Numbered from the stretch's first letter, positions 33,834 to 43,920 are shown. The stretch is 64,000 bases of DNA from Eubacteriales bacterium (GCA_045643945.1 JAZRGA010000071.1:5891-69890); one strand, 5' to 3'. The notes: generated by a model from the letters alone, not told the origin. Made by a program: numbers and translations.

Positions 33834-35570
33834 ATGAAAAGCAAGAAAAATCTCAAAAAAAGCGACAGAACAAAGCCATCACGTCTAAATTCTCAAAAAA
33901 GATTTCACAATATACGCGAAATGCTTGATTCGGTATGTAAGGAAAGCGCTCAAAAGCCCTCATTTTACATAAAATCGAGCGCAAGATTTCGCTCTATCAC
34001 CTACGCAAGACTCCGCGCCGATATACGCTCACTCGGAGCATCTCTTTCGCACAGAGGACTGAGCGGCAAAAAAATAATTCTCATAGGCGACAATTCCTAC
34101 CAGTGGGCGCTTACCTATCTTACCTCTCTTTGCGGACTTGGAGTAATAATCCCAGTTGACAAGGATGCTCCTGAGGAAGATATATGCGAAATAGCAAAAA
34201 TATCCACCGCATCAGCGGTTATATATTCCACAGAATACGAATCAAAAGTTAACGTTTTACCCAAAAAGCTTCAAAGAATAAGCTTTGATGAAATAAATCT
34301 GCTTTGCGAGCATGGAATGTCCTATTCCGACGGAGAGCTGCGAGAATTTGACTCGGTGTCAATAGATTCCGACCTCACCGCAACAATTCTTTTTACAAAA
34401 GGAACAACCGGCAGAGCTAAAGGAGTTATGCTTTCTCAACGAAACCTCTGCGCGTCAATTGAGGGACTTTCACTCTCGTTACCCGAAGAAAACGACGGCA
34501 TTGTACTCTCTCTCCTTCCCCTGCACTACGCATATGAATCGATGGTAGGACTTCTCGCTCCATTAAGTAAAGGCTCGGCGGTAGCATTTACCGAAAGTAT
34601 AAAAAACACAATGCAGGACGCAAAGGAGCTTTCACCGACAAGCATAATAAGCTCTCCGTCAATTATTGAAAGAGCATATAAAAAAATATGGGCAAATATA
34701 GCAAAGCGAGGCATTGAGGAAAAGGTTAAATCGCTTATCCGTGTAACCGACTCAATAAAGGTCGCATCTCTTAGACAAGCTGCAAAAAGAAAGTGCTTTG
34801 CCGATATTCATAATGCATTCGGTAGCCGTCTCGATTTTATAGTGCTTGGCGGAGCGGCGGCAGACCCCGAGGTAATAGCAGGAATGCAGGCATTTGGATT
34901 TTCTATTATACAGACCTATGGATTGACCGAATCGACCGCACTTGCCGCAATCACTCCCGTGGGAGAAAACGTCAGTAAATCAATAGGCTCTGCCTTTCCA
35001 ATAGGAGAGCTTAAAATAGCAGAGGCAGACAGTAACGGCATCGGTGAAATATGCTACCGTGGCGACAACGTAATGTTAGGATATTATAAAGAGGATGAAT
35101 TAAATAAAGAAGTAAAGCAAAACGGATGGATACGAACAGGCGACCTCGGAAGCCTTGACAATGACGGTTACTTAAGCGTTGTCGGAAGAAAAAAGAACGT
35201 CATAACGGTTTCCCAGAATAGAGCAGTATATCCCGAGGAGCTTGAAAATCTGCTTTTCAGAAATCCTTATGTCAAGGAGTGTACAGTTATTGGAATAAAT
35301 AACGCAGAAAACGGCTCGACCGACGTGGTTGCGATAATTTCTCCCGACACAACCTATGCGCGTGAGATTTTAGGTGTTTATGCATCACGTCCTATGATAA
35401 AGGAAAAGCTTTCGTCCGCAATATCCGAGATAAATACAAAGCTGCCGCAATATAAAAGAATTGCTTATTTCGTGCTTCTCGATGAGGAGATACCCAAGAA
35501 CGCATATAAAAAGGTAGAGCGCTCGACCCTTGGAGAATACGTCATAAGCAACTATCTTAAATTTGAGTAA
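33834..35570 (+). CDS. AMP-forming acyl-CoA ligase (long-chain fatty-acid CoA ligase-like)
   Basis: AMP-binding motifs LFTKGTTGRAKGV and GWIRTGDLG. AAAGGAG lies before the ATG at 33834. Confidence 0.8.
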   Translation: MKSKKNLKKSDRTKPSRLNSQKRFHNIREMLDSVCKESAQKPSFYIKSSARFRSITYARLRADIRSLGASLSHRGLSGKKIILIGDNSYQWALTYLTSLCGLGVIIPVDKDAPEEDICEIAKISTASAVIYSTEYESKVNVLPKKLQRISFDEINLLCEHGMSYSDGELREFDSVSIDSDLTATILFTKGTTGRAKGVMLSQRNLCASIEGLSLSLPEENDGIVLSLLPLHYAYESMVGLLAPLSKGSAVAFTESIKNTMQDAKELSPTSIISSPSIIERAYKKIWANIAKRGIEEKVKSLIRVTDSIKVASLRQAAKRKCFADIHNAFGSRLDFIVLGGAAADPEVIAGMQAFGFSIIQTYGLTESTALAAITPVGENVSKSIGSAFPIGELKIAEADSNGIGEICYRGDNVMLGYYKEDELNKEVKQNGWIRTGDLGSLDNDGYLSVVGRKKNVITVSQNRAVYPEELENLLFRNPYVKECTVIGINNAENGSTDVVAIISPDTTYAREILGVYASRPMIKEKLSSAISEINTKLPQYKRIAYFVLLDEEIPKNAYKKVERSTLGEYVISNYLKFE

Positions 35571-35582
35571 TTTAATTATATT

Positions 35583-35624
35583 AAAAAGATAATCGTACCG
35601 AAATTGGGCGATTATCTTTTTTTA
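35583..35624. terminator. Bidirectional terminator between convergent genes
   Basis: A5, stem GATAATCG/CGATTATC, then T7. Confidence 0.7.
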
Positions 35625-35646
35625 TTGTAAAGAATATTTACTTTTC

Positions 35647-36732
35647 CTACCTCGAAGCGAACTCTATTATCTGCTCTGTGAGGCTCTTTGTATAAGAATC
35701 AAGTGCAGCAAAATCCATATTAGAGCGATATATTTTTTCAAGCTCGAAGTGCGCCTCTCCCGCCTCCTTAAGCTCGTCGGTTGCGGCAACAATAAGAGCC
35801 TCGGAAATACGCCTTGCGCTTCGACTTTTAGACTTTAATTCATTTCTTTTCTGCTTTGAAAGCACAGAAAAATCGAGTAATCTACGAAGCGATACTGCTC
35901 CCCTCACACGCTTTGAGGTGAGCGCAAACAGTATCCCGCTCTCCTCAAAAAAGACCGCATCGGGAAGATTTGGAACAAGCGGCTCATAAGAAATCACTAT
36001 TTTGCATCCCTTACGCCTTGCCTCCTCACATATCTCGCCAAGCACAAGATAGCCTACGCCGTAATGCTCCTCGAGATAAACCGTTCTTTTTGCTATTGAA
36101 GCATAAGAATTAAGCTCGCATCTACCGCTCATTCCAATAGCGCTCGAAAGTCCTATTTTCGATTCAAAAGCACCGTCCGACTCTATATTTCGAGTAAGCC
36201 GCTTCGCAACCTTGCGGATTTTTTTATTATCAACGTACGGCAAAGCAAGTTCCCGTGAAGCGATATCGCTCTCCATAGCCGCAGACAAAAAGCGATAAGC
36301 GAGCGCATATGCCCGTTTTTTCTTTTCGCTAAGCTCTTTAATCTCATTTTCTACCGAATAAAGCCCGTCTACACTCCAAAATCTGCCTAAATCCACAATA
36401 ATATCACGAGCGCCCGCAAGCTCTGCATCCTCTGCGTGAGGAGCAGTTGAATCTATTACCGCCACACGTTTATTTATAATTATTCCATCGAGCGAGGATG
36501 GGTCGGACGAGCATCTGTATCGCTCAACAGAAAGAGAAAGCGCCTCGGCTCTATCGGCTATTCTGCTCATAAGTGTACTTTTTCCCGTTCCCGGTCCTCC
36601 CTTAATAAGATATCTGCGCTCTATCCTCTCACCTCCGAATATCTGCTTATAAAAGCTTATAAATCCTCTACCGCTATTTGCGGCGGCAAAAAAGCCTTGG
36701 TTATCCGTACATACATTTTCATTTTTAAGCAT
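35647..36732 (-). CDS. P-loop NTPase of unknown function
   Basis: 361 aa with Walker A GGPGTGKST. It belongs to a conserved Firmicute family of uncharacterised ATPases, as far as I recall. Confidence 0.55.
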   Translation of the reverse strand: MLKNENVCTDNQGFFAAANSGRGFISFYKQIFGGERIERRYLIKGGPGTGKSTLMSRIADRAEALSLSVERYRCSSDPSSLDGIIINKRVAVIDSTAPHAEDAELAGARDIIVDLGRFWSVDGLYSVENEIKELSEKKKRAYALAYRFLSAAMESDIASRELALPYVDNKKIRKVAKRLTRNIESDGAFESKIGLSSAIGMSGRCELNSYASIAKRTVYLEEHYGVGYLVLGEICEEARRKGCKIVISYEPLVPNLPDAVFFEESGILFALTSKRVRGAVSLRRLLDFSVLSKQKRNELKSKSRSARRISEALIVAATDELKEAGEAHFELEKIYRSNMDFAALDSYTKSLTEQIIEFASR

Positions 36733-36740
36733 AAAAAAAT

Positions 36741-36783
36741 CCCCCTTTGCATGCTTTTACATTAAAAACATATGCAAAAGAGG
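36741..36783 (-). terminator. Terminator-like hairpin after spoIIIAH whose 3' arm contains the SD of the next gene
   Basis: Minus-strand RNA CCUCUUUUGCAU...AUGCAAAGGGGG forms a 12-bp stem including 2 G-U pairs. It is followed by AUUUUUUU and then the AUG at 36732. Confidence 0.5.
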
Positions 36784-36800
36784 ATATTTTTGACAATATT

Positions 36801-37376
36801 TTATCTTTGAATTATTTTTACGTTTACAGGAGAAATACCCGACTGCTCATAAACGATCTCATTTATTTGAGATATCTGTGCCGCCTGCAAGCCGTCGCTT
36901 TTTACAACTATGCTTGCGCTATCGTCCTTTATAACGGCAACACACTCGGCAAAGCCCTTTGCTTCTATAAGAGTTTCAATATTTGCCTCTGCCTCCATAA
37001 CCTTTGCAATCGTCGTTATCTCGGCAAGAGCCTTGCTCTTTGCATCCTCGGATGAAGCGGTATTATCAACAACACCCTGCAACACCTCAAGAGCCTCGTC
37101 GCGTGTACGCTTGCGGTCAAGCTCAACACTTGAAAAATAAGTATCTACGCTCTTATCGCTTTCCTTTTCATTATTTTTATCACTCTCGGAATTAACGTCC
37201 TGCATTCCCGCGCCCTGACTGTAATCAAAGCCCTTATCCTCGGATTTGTTAAAAACGGCTATTCCTACGATAAGCGCAATCGCAACAATGCCGACCGATG
37301 CGATAACCGCTAAATTTTTCTTGCCCAATCCCGACACAAAGCCACTGAGCTTTTCCTTAAAGGTTTGATTTTTCAT
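36801..37376 (-). CDS. spoIIIAH: Stage III sporulation protein AH
   Basis: Last gene of the 8-gene operon. N-terminal TM, charged linker, and a YscJ/FliF-like C-terminal domain ending SPVNVKIIQR. Confidence 0.8.
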   Translation of the reverse strand: MKNQTFKEKLSGFVSGLGKKNLAVIASVGIVAIALIVGIAVFNKSEDKGFDYSQGAGMQDVNSESDKNNEKESDKSVDTYFSSVELDRKRTRDEALEVLQGVVDNTASSEDAKSKALAEITTIAKVMEAEANIETLIEAKGFAECVAVIKDDSASIVVKSDGLQAAQISQINEIVYEQSGISPVNVKIIQR

Positions 37377-37453
37377 AAAGCTTCTCCTTTTGAAAGTTCA
37401 TTTTATTCTACGCTAAATATATATTGGCTAAGAAAGAAAAATATACCTATACG

Positions 37454-37948
37454 CTATGACCCGACAACAAAAATTTTATTTGCGCTAATATCAAAAGCCG
37501 AGGAAACAAGAGAAACGATTTTATTCTTCACGTCATAACTGTCCCCACCGCGGCAAACTATGCCAATACCCGCAATTTCGGGATAGCTATATCCCTCAAG
37601 AATAGCTCTCTCCCCAGAGCCGCTGCCTATAACCACCGTTTGATTTTTGCTTGACGTATTTCCCGATTGCGAATCTATGGCGTATATCGCTTGATAACCG
37701 CCCTTTAGAGTAACTACCGCATACGCTCCGCTAACACCGTCGACACGGTTGCAAAGCTCCTCTATCCTCGCTTCAAGCATTTCCGAATACTGTGACGGGT
37801 CAAGCTCCTCTATACTGCTTTTAACGTCCTCACTGATTTGTGGCTCACGCTTTCCTACAATAATAATTATTACACCAACGAATATGAGCGCCGCAAGCAG
37901 ATATATTTTTTTCGACCTTAAAAAGCTTAATATTGTATTTTTCGACAT
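37454..37948 (-). CDS. spoIIIAG: Stage III sporulation protein AG
   Basis: 164 aa. N-terminal TM plus a ring-forming C-terminal domain. The position in the operon fits. Confidence 0.8.
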   Translation of the reverse strand: MSKNTILSFLRSKKIYLLAALIFVGVIIIIVGKREPQISEDVKSSIEELDPSQYSEMLEARIEELCNRVDGVSGAYAVVTLKGGYQAIYAIDSQSGNTSSKNQTVVIGSGSGERAILEGYSYPEIAGIGIVCRGGDSYDVKNKIVSLVSSAFDISANKIFVVGS

Positions 37949-38013
37949 ATATTTTTATTTTAAAAACCTCGTATTATAAAGATTTGCAATTTATAACATT
38001 ATATTTTTCATCA

Positions 38014-38499
38014 TTATTTATAAATAATATTACATTCTGTTCCAAGCTTATTTTTGCATATCTCGTTGATTTTTTTCGGGTCAAGCGCATATCCCGACGG
38101 ATATATATATGCCCTTACCTCTTTTATGTAAAATTCATCACCGTTATTATTCAATAGAATTCTAACGTCAACGCCGTCAGCGCTCACGGAATTTCCTTTT
38201 AATATATCGTTTTTTAGTGACTCCTCTACGTTTTTAAGCGTTGCCGTATTTATAGAATTATTGTAAATTTCAACAGCATTTTGTTCAATTTCCGCAGATG
38301 GCTCGAAAAAGCTTGCGATATCCTTAAAATCATTTTTTATATTTCCCGCAGCCTCAAACAGAGGAAAGGCAACGCACACAATAGCGCAGAGTCCGCAAAG
38401 AAGTCGAGCGTATTTTTTGCTAAAGCCCTCGGGTAAAAGCGAAAGTATCACCGAGCCAAAAAACGCAAAAGCTATCAATCCCAAAAAATATTCCGCCAT
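38014..38499 (-). CDS. spoIIIAF: Stage III sporulation protein AF
   Basis: 161 aa with two N-terminal TM helices. The position in the operon fits. Confidence 0.75.
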   Translation of the reverse strand: MAEYFLGLIAFAFFGSVILSLLPEGFSKKYARLLCGLCAIVCVAFPLFEAAGNIKNDFKDIASFFEPSAEIEQNAVEIYNNSINTATLKNVEESLKNDILKGNSVSADGVDVRILLNNNGDEFYIKEVRAYIYPSGYALDPKKINEICKNKLGTECNIIYK

Positions 38500-38518
38500 T
38501 TTTCACCTTCCAAAGCAA

Positions 38519-39658
38519 TTAAGCCGCCGCGACGACGGTTTTCATAAAAATACAAAGAGAAAGCACGAACATCATTCCTACTCCGCAAACCACCGCAAGC
38601 ATACACCCGTAAGCATCGGAAAAAGCCGCAAGCAATTTCGACTCCCTCTCGCAACCGATAATATCGGCAAAAGCGGAGCAAATGCCAAAAACAAACCGTG
38701 TCAGTAAAAGCGATATCGCCATTGGAAGAACGATAAGAGCTATAATGATTATTCCACCCACTCCGAAAATATTTTTCAGGTAGCTAACACTGCTCGCAAC
38801 GGTTCTGAGCGCCTCACCGAGATTTCCGCCGACTATGGGTATAACCGTGCTACTAACCAATCTCCCCGCCCTTGCGCTCACACTATCCGCAACCGCGGTA
38901 AGCGTCGTCTGCGCTGCAAGTGACGATAAAAGCACCGTCATCGAAAGTCCGAGAAAAAAGCCGTATATTTTTTTAACCGTTCCAAGCACTCTAACCGTTT
39001 TAAGCTCAGAGCAAAGCACGTCGCAAAGTCCCAAAATTAAAATCAAAGAAAATACAGGTATCGCGCTTGCCGCCCAAAGCTTTTCAAAAACCGTCAAAAA
39101 GCAATAAAGCGTTGCGCTACCTGCGGTTGCGGTCGATACGTTTCCTCCAAGCGCCCAGATGCTTGCAGTCACAGGTATCATTCCGTTAACAAATACAGAT
39201 ATCCTCGCAAAAAAATCCTCAAGCGCTTCGAAATGCAAATAAAAGACATATCCAACAGAGGAAAACAAAGCACCAACCGAGCAAAATCGCATTACCGCCG
39301 AAAGGGTTTTATTTTCACTCTGCTCTCCGACAACCGAAAGAACTGCGGAAATGATAAGCACACCCATTATTAAAATCAAAAGCTTACACGTCGCTCCCGC
39401 CTCTGCGCCAAAAAGCTCAAGCAATACGGCTACTATTGCGCTCGGCGTGCTCATTTTTTCAATCGACTCAAAATATTCCTGCTCGTTTTCAAACGCCCCC
39501 TCCTCGAAATATTTTTGAGCCTCGTCGGGAACAGAGTCCTCAAAGCCCTCCCATACCTCATCGGGTAGCATAGACTCAGGCTCGCTTGCAAAGGCGCTAA
39601 TACTAAAGACGTTTAAAAAAATTACTAAGGCAAAAAATATTTTCATTATATTTTTCAC
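38519..39658 (-). CDS. spoIIIAE: Stage III sporulation protein AE
   Basis: Polytopic membrane protein with a signal peptide. I prefer the GTG at 39658, 7 nt after GAGGT. The longest ORF starts at 39706. Confidence 0.8.
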   Translation of the reverse strand: MKNIMKIFFALVIFLNVFSISAFASEPESMLPDEVWEGFEDSVPDEAQKYFEEGAFENEQEYFESIEKMSTPSAIVAVLLELFGAEAGATCKLLILIMGVLIISAVLSVVGEQSENKTLSAVMRFCSVGALFSSVGYVFYLHFEALEDFFARISVFVNGMIPVTASIWALGGNVSTATAGSATLYCFLTVFEKLWAASAIPVFSLILILGLCDVLCSELKTVRVLGTVKKIYGFFLGLSMTVLLSSLAAQTTLTAVADSVSARAGRLVSSTVIPIVGGNLGEALRTVASSVSYLKNIFGVGGIIIIALIVLPMAISLLLTRFVFGICSAFADIIGCERESKLLAAFSDAYGCMLAVVCGVGMMFVLSLCIFMKTVVAAA

Positions 39659-39668
39659 GTTATTTACC

Positions 39669-40088
39669 TCAAGTGCCTCTTGAAAGAACGTCAACGGCAA
39701 ATTCAAGAATTCCGCTCAAAATCGGCACGGATAGCGAAAAAATAAGCGCCCCCGCCACAGCTTCAACACCTTGAGCAAGTCCACCCTCGCCGCATTCCTT
39801 GCATACGTCGGCGCACACCTTTCCGATAAGAGCAATTCCGAGCGCCTTTATCATAACGGTTATCGAGCGCCCCACAAAGGACTCGGCTTCAATAAACTCG
39901 GCAACGAGCGAGCGTATCGACTCAACGCCGCGTGATATTTCAAAAAATGCAATTCCAAAAAGCAAAAGAACGCCGCCAATCTTAACAAGGGTTGCAAATC
40001 CACTGCCAACTCCACGCAAGATAAGTAACGCAACGAGCGCTATAAGCGAAGCTCCGACGGCTTTGAGCATTAAACTAAAGGTATTCAT
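39669..40088 (-). CDS. spoIIIAD: Stage III sporulation protein AD
   Basis: 139 aa with four hydrophobic helices. The position in the operon fits. Confidence 0.8.
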   Translation of the reverse strand: MNTFSLMLKAVGASLIALVALLILRGVGSGFATLVKIGGVLLLFGIAFFEISRGVESIRSLVAEFIEAESFVGRSITVMIKALGIALIGKVCADVCKECGEGGLAQGVEAVAGALIFSLSVPILSGILEFAVDVLSRGT

Positions 40089-40282
40089 TATAGCTCAAAC
40101 ACCGTCCTGACGCTCTCTATAAGCACACCAACCTCCTCAACGAGCATAAGCATTACAACTATTATCCCCGCCACGGTAACGAGCATAGCCTGCTCATCAC
40201 GTCCGCTTTTTGAGAGTATTGAGGAAACTATCGATATAAGTATTCCAAGCCCCGCAATTTTAAGTATAAGTCCAATTTCCAT
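40088..40282 (-). CDS. spoIIIAC: Stage III sporulation protein AC
   Basis: 64 aa with two TM helices. The position in the operon fits. Confidence 0.8.
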   Translation of the reverse strand: MEIGLILKIAGLGILISIVSSILSKSGRDEQAMLVTVAGIIVVMLMLVEEVGVLIESVRTVFEL

Positions 40283-40329
40283 ATCAAATCATCCCTGTTT
40301 TATTTCCTTACGCGCAAGCGCTCAAAGCG

Positions 40330-40800
40330 CTACGCAATTAAAATGATAATAGAGAGCGCCGAGCATATCGCAACGGTTAAATTCACCTTTTTACGTTTTA
40401 TCGCGTCCTTTATAAGCTTTTGCTCGCGCGCTCTTGCCCTTTCCACAAACAAGGAGCAACGCAAAAGCTCGTCAGCGCGGTAGCTCTTACCAAAATCCTT
40501 AGAAAACGCCACAAGCATTTCTCTTGCCTCTGTGTCCTCTATTTGCGAATGCTTTTCAAGCTCAAAAAAATCTCTCGGCAGCTCATCTCTTAAATATCCC
40601 AAAGCAAAAAAGCAAGAGGAGTCAAGCCGACGCAATATCTCGCTTGCGGGCAAGGAATAACATTCTATCATATTTTTTGTATGCTCAAATAACGCCCTCA
40701 ACGCACTGACCGAGCTTATCGAGCGGTCGATTTTTTTATTCATACTGTTTGCAATCATAACCGAGCTAAAAATTATTATAAGAGAGCCTATTATTTTCAA
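40330..40800 (-). CDS. spoIIIAB: Stage III sporulation protein AB
   Basis: 156 aa. The N-terminal TM MKIIGSLIIIFSS resembles the SpoIIIAB N-terminus. It overlaps spoIIIAA by 35 nt. Confidence 0.8.
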   Translation of the reverse strand: MKIIGSLIIIFSSVMIANSMNKKIDRSISSVSALRALFEHTKNMIECYSLPASEILRRLDSSCFFALGYLRDELPRDFFELEKHSQIEDTEAREMLVAFSKDFGKSYRADELLRCSLFVERARAREQKLIKDAIKRKKVNLTVAICSALSIIILIA

Positions 40801-41809
40801 TCGCTCTGTCCGCCTCCTCCCGACTGTAAGCGGAATAACAAAACCCGCCGCCCGCTCCGATTCTGAGCGATATGTAAGAGCCGAAAACGCACGCCTTATG
40901 CAGAGCGGCTATTCCCTCCTTTAGCATAACCGAGGAAAGGCTCGCTCCATGAACGCTTGCGATAAGCGGGACTCCGCAGTTTTGCGCATCAACGATTGCA
41001 AGCGCCTCCTCTCCTCCGCCTATTTCATCACAAATTATAACCTCGGGATTCATATAAAAGGTTGAAATACGTATTCCCTCCGCCTTTGGATATCCTATAA
41101 AAAGGTCAAGCGAAAGCGAATCGGTGCTTTTCAGTAGCGATTGAGGCGCAAAGGAAAGCTCACCGCGAGTATCTATAACCGATACCCTCATAGGAAAATC
41201 TCCCGAGGCAAGGGCATAAGCAAGCGAACGCAGGCAGGTGGTTTTTCCCTGAGCGGGAGGAGAAAATATGAGTACACCTTGTCCAAGTCTAAGATTTTTT
41301 CTTGCAAGCTCAAGCAAATTAACGTCAGCAAGCACGTCGGCACTCGGTATGCGGATATTAAGCGATGAAATATCGTAAACGCCGAAAATTTTGTTTTGCT
41401 CGACCGCCGCTCTGCCGCAAACGCCAACTCTTATTCCCGACGGGAGCGATACATAACCCTTTATAATGCTTTCACTGTATGCATAAAGCGAGCCGTCGCA
41501 CATTCGTCGAAAAATTTCGGTAAGCTCGTCCGAATTTAGAATTATATCGGTAACGGCATTTCTTTTTCTTCCCGCCTCGCCAACGGTAAGATATGCCCGA
41601 AGTCCCTTGCGAAGCCGTATCTCCTCTATCCGCTCGCCCACACCGCATTTTTTAAGTATTTTTTCTATCTCGCTATAAAGCTTGTCCGAAAAATAACGCC
41701 TAAGCTCTCCAAATAAGGCATCGTACGAATTTCTTTTTACCGCCTCGACCACAGTTTTTTCCTCCGTTATTTTAGTCATAATATTACCACTGCTACAATA
41801 TATTCGCAT
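40766..41809 (-). CDS. spoIIIAA: Stage III sporulation protein AA (secretion-type ATPase)
   Basis: Walker A SPPAQGKTT and Walker B VIICDEIG. The start is either ATG 41809 or, perhaps more likely, ATG 41779 (MTKITEEK). Confidence 0.85.
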   Translation of the reverse strand: MRIYCSSGNIMTKITEEKTVVEAVKRNSYDALFGELRRYFSDKLYSEIEKILKKCGVGERIEEIRLRKGLRAYLTVGEAGRKRNAVTDIILNSDELTEIFRRMCDGSLYAYSESIIKGYVSLPSGIRVGVCGRAAVEQNKIFGVYDISSLNIRIPSADVLADVNLLELARKNLRLGQGVLIFSPPAQGKTTCLRSLAYALASGDFPMRVSVIDTRGELSFAPQSLLKSTDSLSLDLFIGYPKAEGIRISTFYMNPEVIICDEIGGGEEALAIVDAQNCGVPLIASVHGASLSSVMLKEGIAALHKACVFGSYISLRIGAGGGFCYSAYSREEADRAIENNRLSYNNF

Positions 41810-42029
41810 AAAAACGGTAATATTCCCTCAATTAAAATTTTTGCAGAATGACTTTATCGCAAAATGAGCGTCGCTTCTTCATTTTTCGACATTAAAAATA
41901 GTGCAAAACTCACTTTTTCGTATAACTTTTTCTATTTTTTTATAATAAAAGTATTGCATAATTGTAATTAATATGATATAATAATATGAAACATTATTAA
42001 CACATATTACATATTTATTGGAGGTAAAT

Positions 42030-43850
42030 ATGCTTTTGAAAAATGACAGAAGACCTGCCGTTGCTTATGCATATCAAGGCAATAGCGCAGACAATGGCTC
42101 GACGAATAAAGTAAATCAAGATTTTATTTCGCGTATGAGCGCAAGCGGAGATGATTTCGGCAACTTCACCTCGGGTTCTACCGCGAGAGAAACACAGAAG
42201 CCGCATAAAAGACCTCGTCCTCAAGGCAACAAAAAAGAGAGCGGTCCTTCAAGAAAGTTTAACTATATGCCCTTCGTTTTCGGAGGAATTGCAATAGTTG
42301 CGCTTATCGCTATAATTGCTCTTATAGTTGCAATATTCAGTGCGCCCAAATCAAGCTCAAAGGTTGACGATACCGTTTATTTCACATACATTGATGAAAG
42401 CAACGAATATCACGTTGTAGTAAACGGTGAAGAAATTAAGAAAACCTTTAGCAACGAAATAGAGCTTATTCCCGCATCGGATAACTCGTTTGCGTATATT
42501 CTTGAAAAGGTTGAATCCGACGTAAACGGCGCTAAGGGAATAAGAATGCACATTCTTAACGGCAAGAGCCTTAAGAGCTCTGTTGGACTTGCTGATAAAT
42601 GCGTTGCATTTGCAGGACTCAAGCCCGGTATTATCTACAAGTATAAGACCACGTTCAGCCGCTACACAGGTGACTCGGACGATCCTATAACAAGAGAAAG
42701 CACCGCAGATAACTTCATTATCTCGGGTAACGCAAAGACGGTAGTTTACACCGCTGCAAGCAGACAGGACGAGGGAACGAGCATTCTTAAGTACTTCCAG
42801 GGCTCAGGCTCGGAGGATATGCAGATAAACTTCACTCCTCTTGCTATTTCGGACAACGGAAAGTACATTTACGGAACTAACAATCTCAACGGTCGCTTCT
42901 ATTACATAGACGCTAAGGCTAAAGAGCCCAGACCTAAGGCTATCACAAACGAAAGCTACGGTACGTTTGGCGAGATTACCGAAATGAACTCGGACGGCGA
43001 CGAAATAATTTTCTACACCAACACAACTAAGGGCATCGTTTCCTTCTTCTATAAGGTAAAGGACAAGTCCCCCACAACCTTGGCGCAAGGTATTTTCAGA
43101 TTGGCAGATGCAAAGGCTGCTGAGCTTGCACCCAGCACATTCGTAGGCGCATATTTCACCTCGCAAAACACCACCATTTCCTATGATGATGACGGTGAGA
43201 TCGAGCTTGACGAGGACGGAAGCTTCGCAACCTATTGCTTAAAGAAGGATAAAGCAGTAAAGGTTGCCGACACGGTTGGTAAGTTCTCTCCCGACGGAAA
43301 GTATTTCTATTACATCGACGATAATTCTCAGCTCGTTCGCACTCCCCTTTCGGTAAGCGACTATGAGAAGAACATCGAGCAGGTTTGCGGATATATAACC
43401 GAGTTTGCTCTCACTCAAAAGGGCGACGTTTATATGTTCTATTCGGCAGGCGATGATGATAAAGAGCCCGCATTCCTTTACTACTGGGATGCTTCTACAA
43501 GCAAGAGAATGATAATCTCTAACATTGCAGACCGCGATTCAATGAGAATTTGCGCTAACACCCTTTACTTCTCGGAAACAATCGAGAATGACGGTGAAAA
43601 GGCAACCGTAGTATATACCACAACGGACGGCTCGGAAAAGACTCCCGCAGAGTTCAAGAGCATAAATCTTGCGAAGGCTCCCACCGTTGAGATGGGCGTT
43701 GGTAAGAACGGATACGCATACGTTACCGATAATAACGATACAACGATGCTTTTCTTCACCTCAAACGGTAAGAAATTCGATCTTGTTTGCGATTCCTGCA
43801 CACTCCCCAAGAACAAAACAACCACGTCAGGTAATTCTGCTATCGGTTGA
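42030..43850 (+). CDS. Membrane-anchored protein with a large extracytoplasmic, probably beta-propeller-like domain
   Basis: ATG at 42030, 6 nt after GGAGGT. The cytoplasmic N-terminus is basic and there is one TM (FVFGGIAIVALIAIIALIVAIF). Aromatic-rich strand motifs recur (YFYYID, FYYID, LYYWD, IFYTN). Confidence 0.55.
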   Translation: MLLKNDRRPAVAYAYQGNSADNGSTNKVNQDFISRMSASGDDFGNFTSGSTARETQKPHKRPRPQGNKKESGPSRKFNYMPFVFGGIAIVALIAIIALIVAIFSAPKSSSKVDDTVYFTYIDESNEYHVVVNGEEIKKTFSNEIELIPASDNSFAYILEKVESDVNGAKGIRMHILNGKSLKSSVGLADKCVAFAGLKPGIIYKYKTTFSRYTGDSDDPITRESTADNFIISGNAKTVVYTAASRQDEGTSILKYFQGSGSEDMQINFTPLAISDNGKYIYGTNNLNGRFYYIDAKAKEPRPKAITNESYGTFGEITEMNSDGDEIIFYTNTTKGIVSFFYKVKDKSPTTLAQGIFRLADAKAAELAPSTFVGAYFTSQNTTISYDDDGEIELDEDGSFATYCLKKDKAVKVADTVGKFSPDGKYFYYIDDNSQLVRTPLSVSDYEKNIEQVCGYITEFALTQKGDVYMFYSAGDDDKEPAFLYYWDASTSKRMIISNIADRDSMRICANTLYFSETIENDGEKATVVYTTTDGSEKTPAEFKSINLAKAPTVEMGVGKNGYAYVTDNNDTTMLFFTSNGKKFDLVCDSCTLPKNKTTTSGNSAIG

Positions 43851-43920
43851 TTACACTAAACAAAAAATCCACTCGTTCGCGGGTGGATTTTTTAATAATT
43901 TATTTGTATAAATTAAAATT

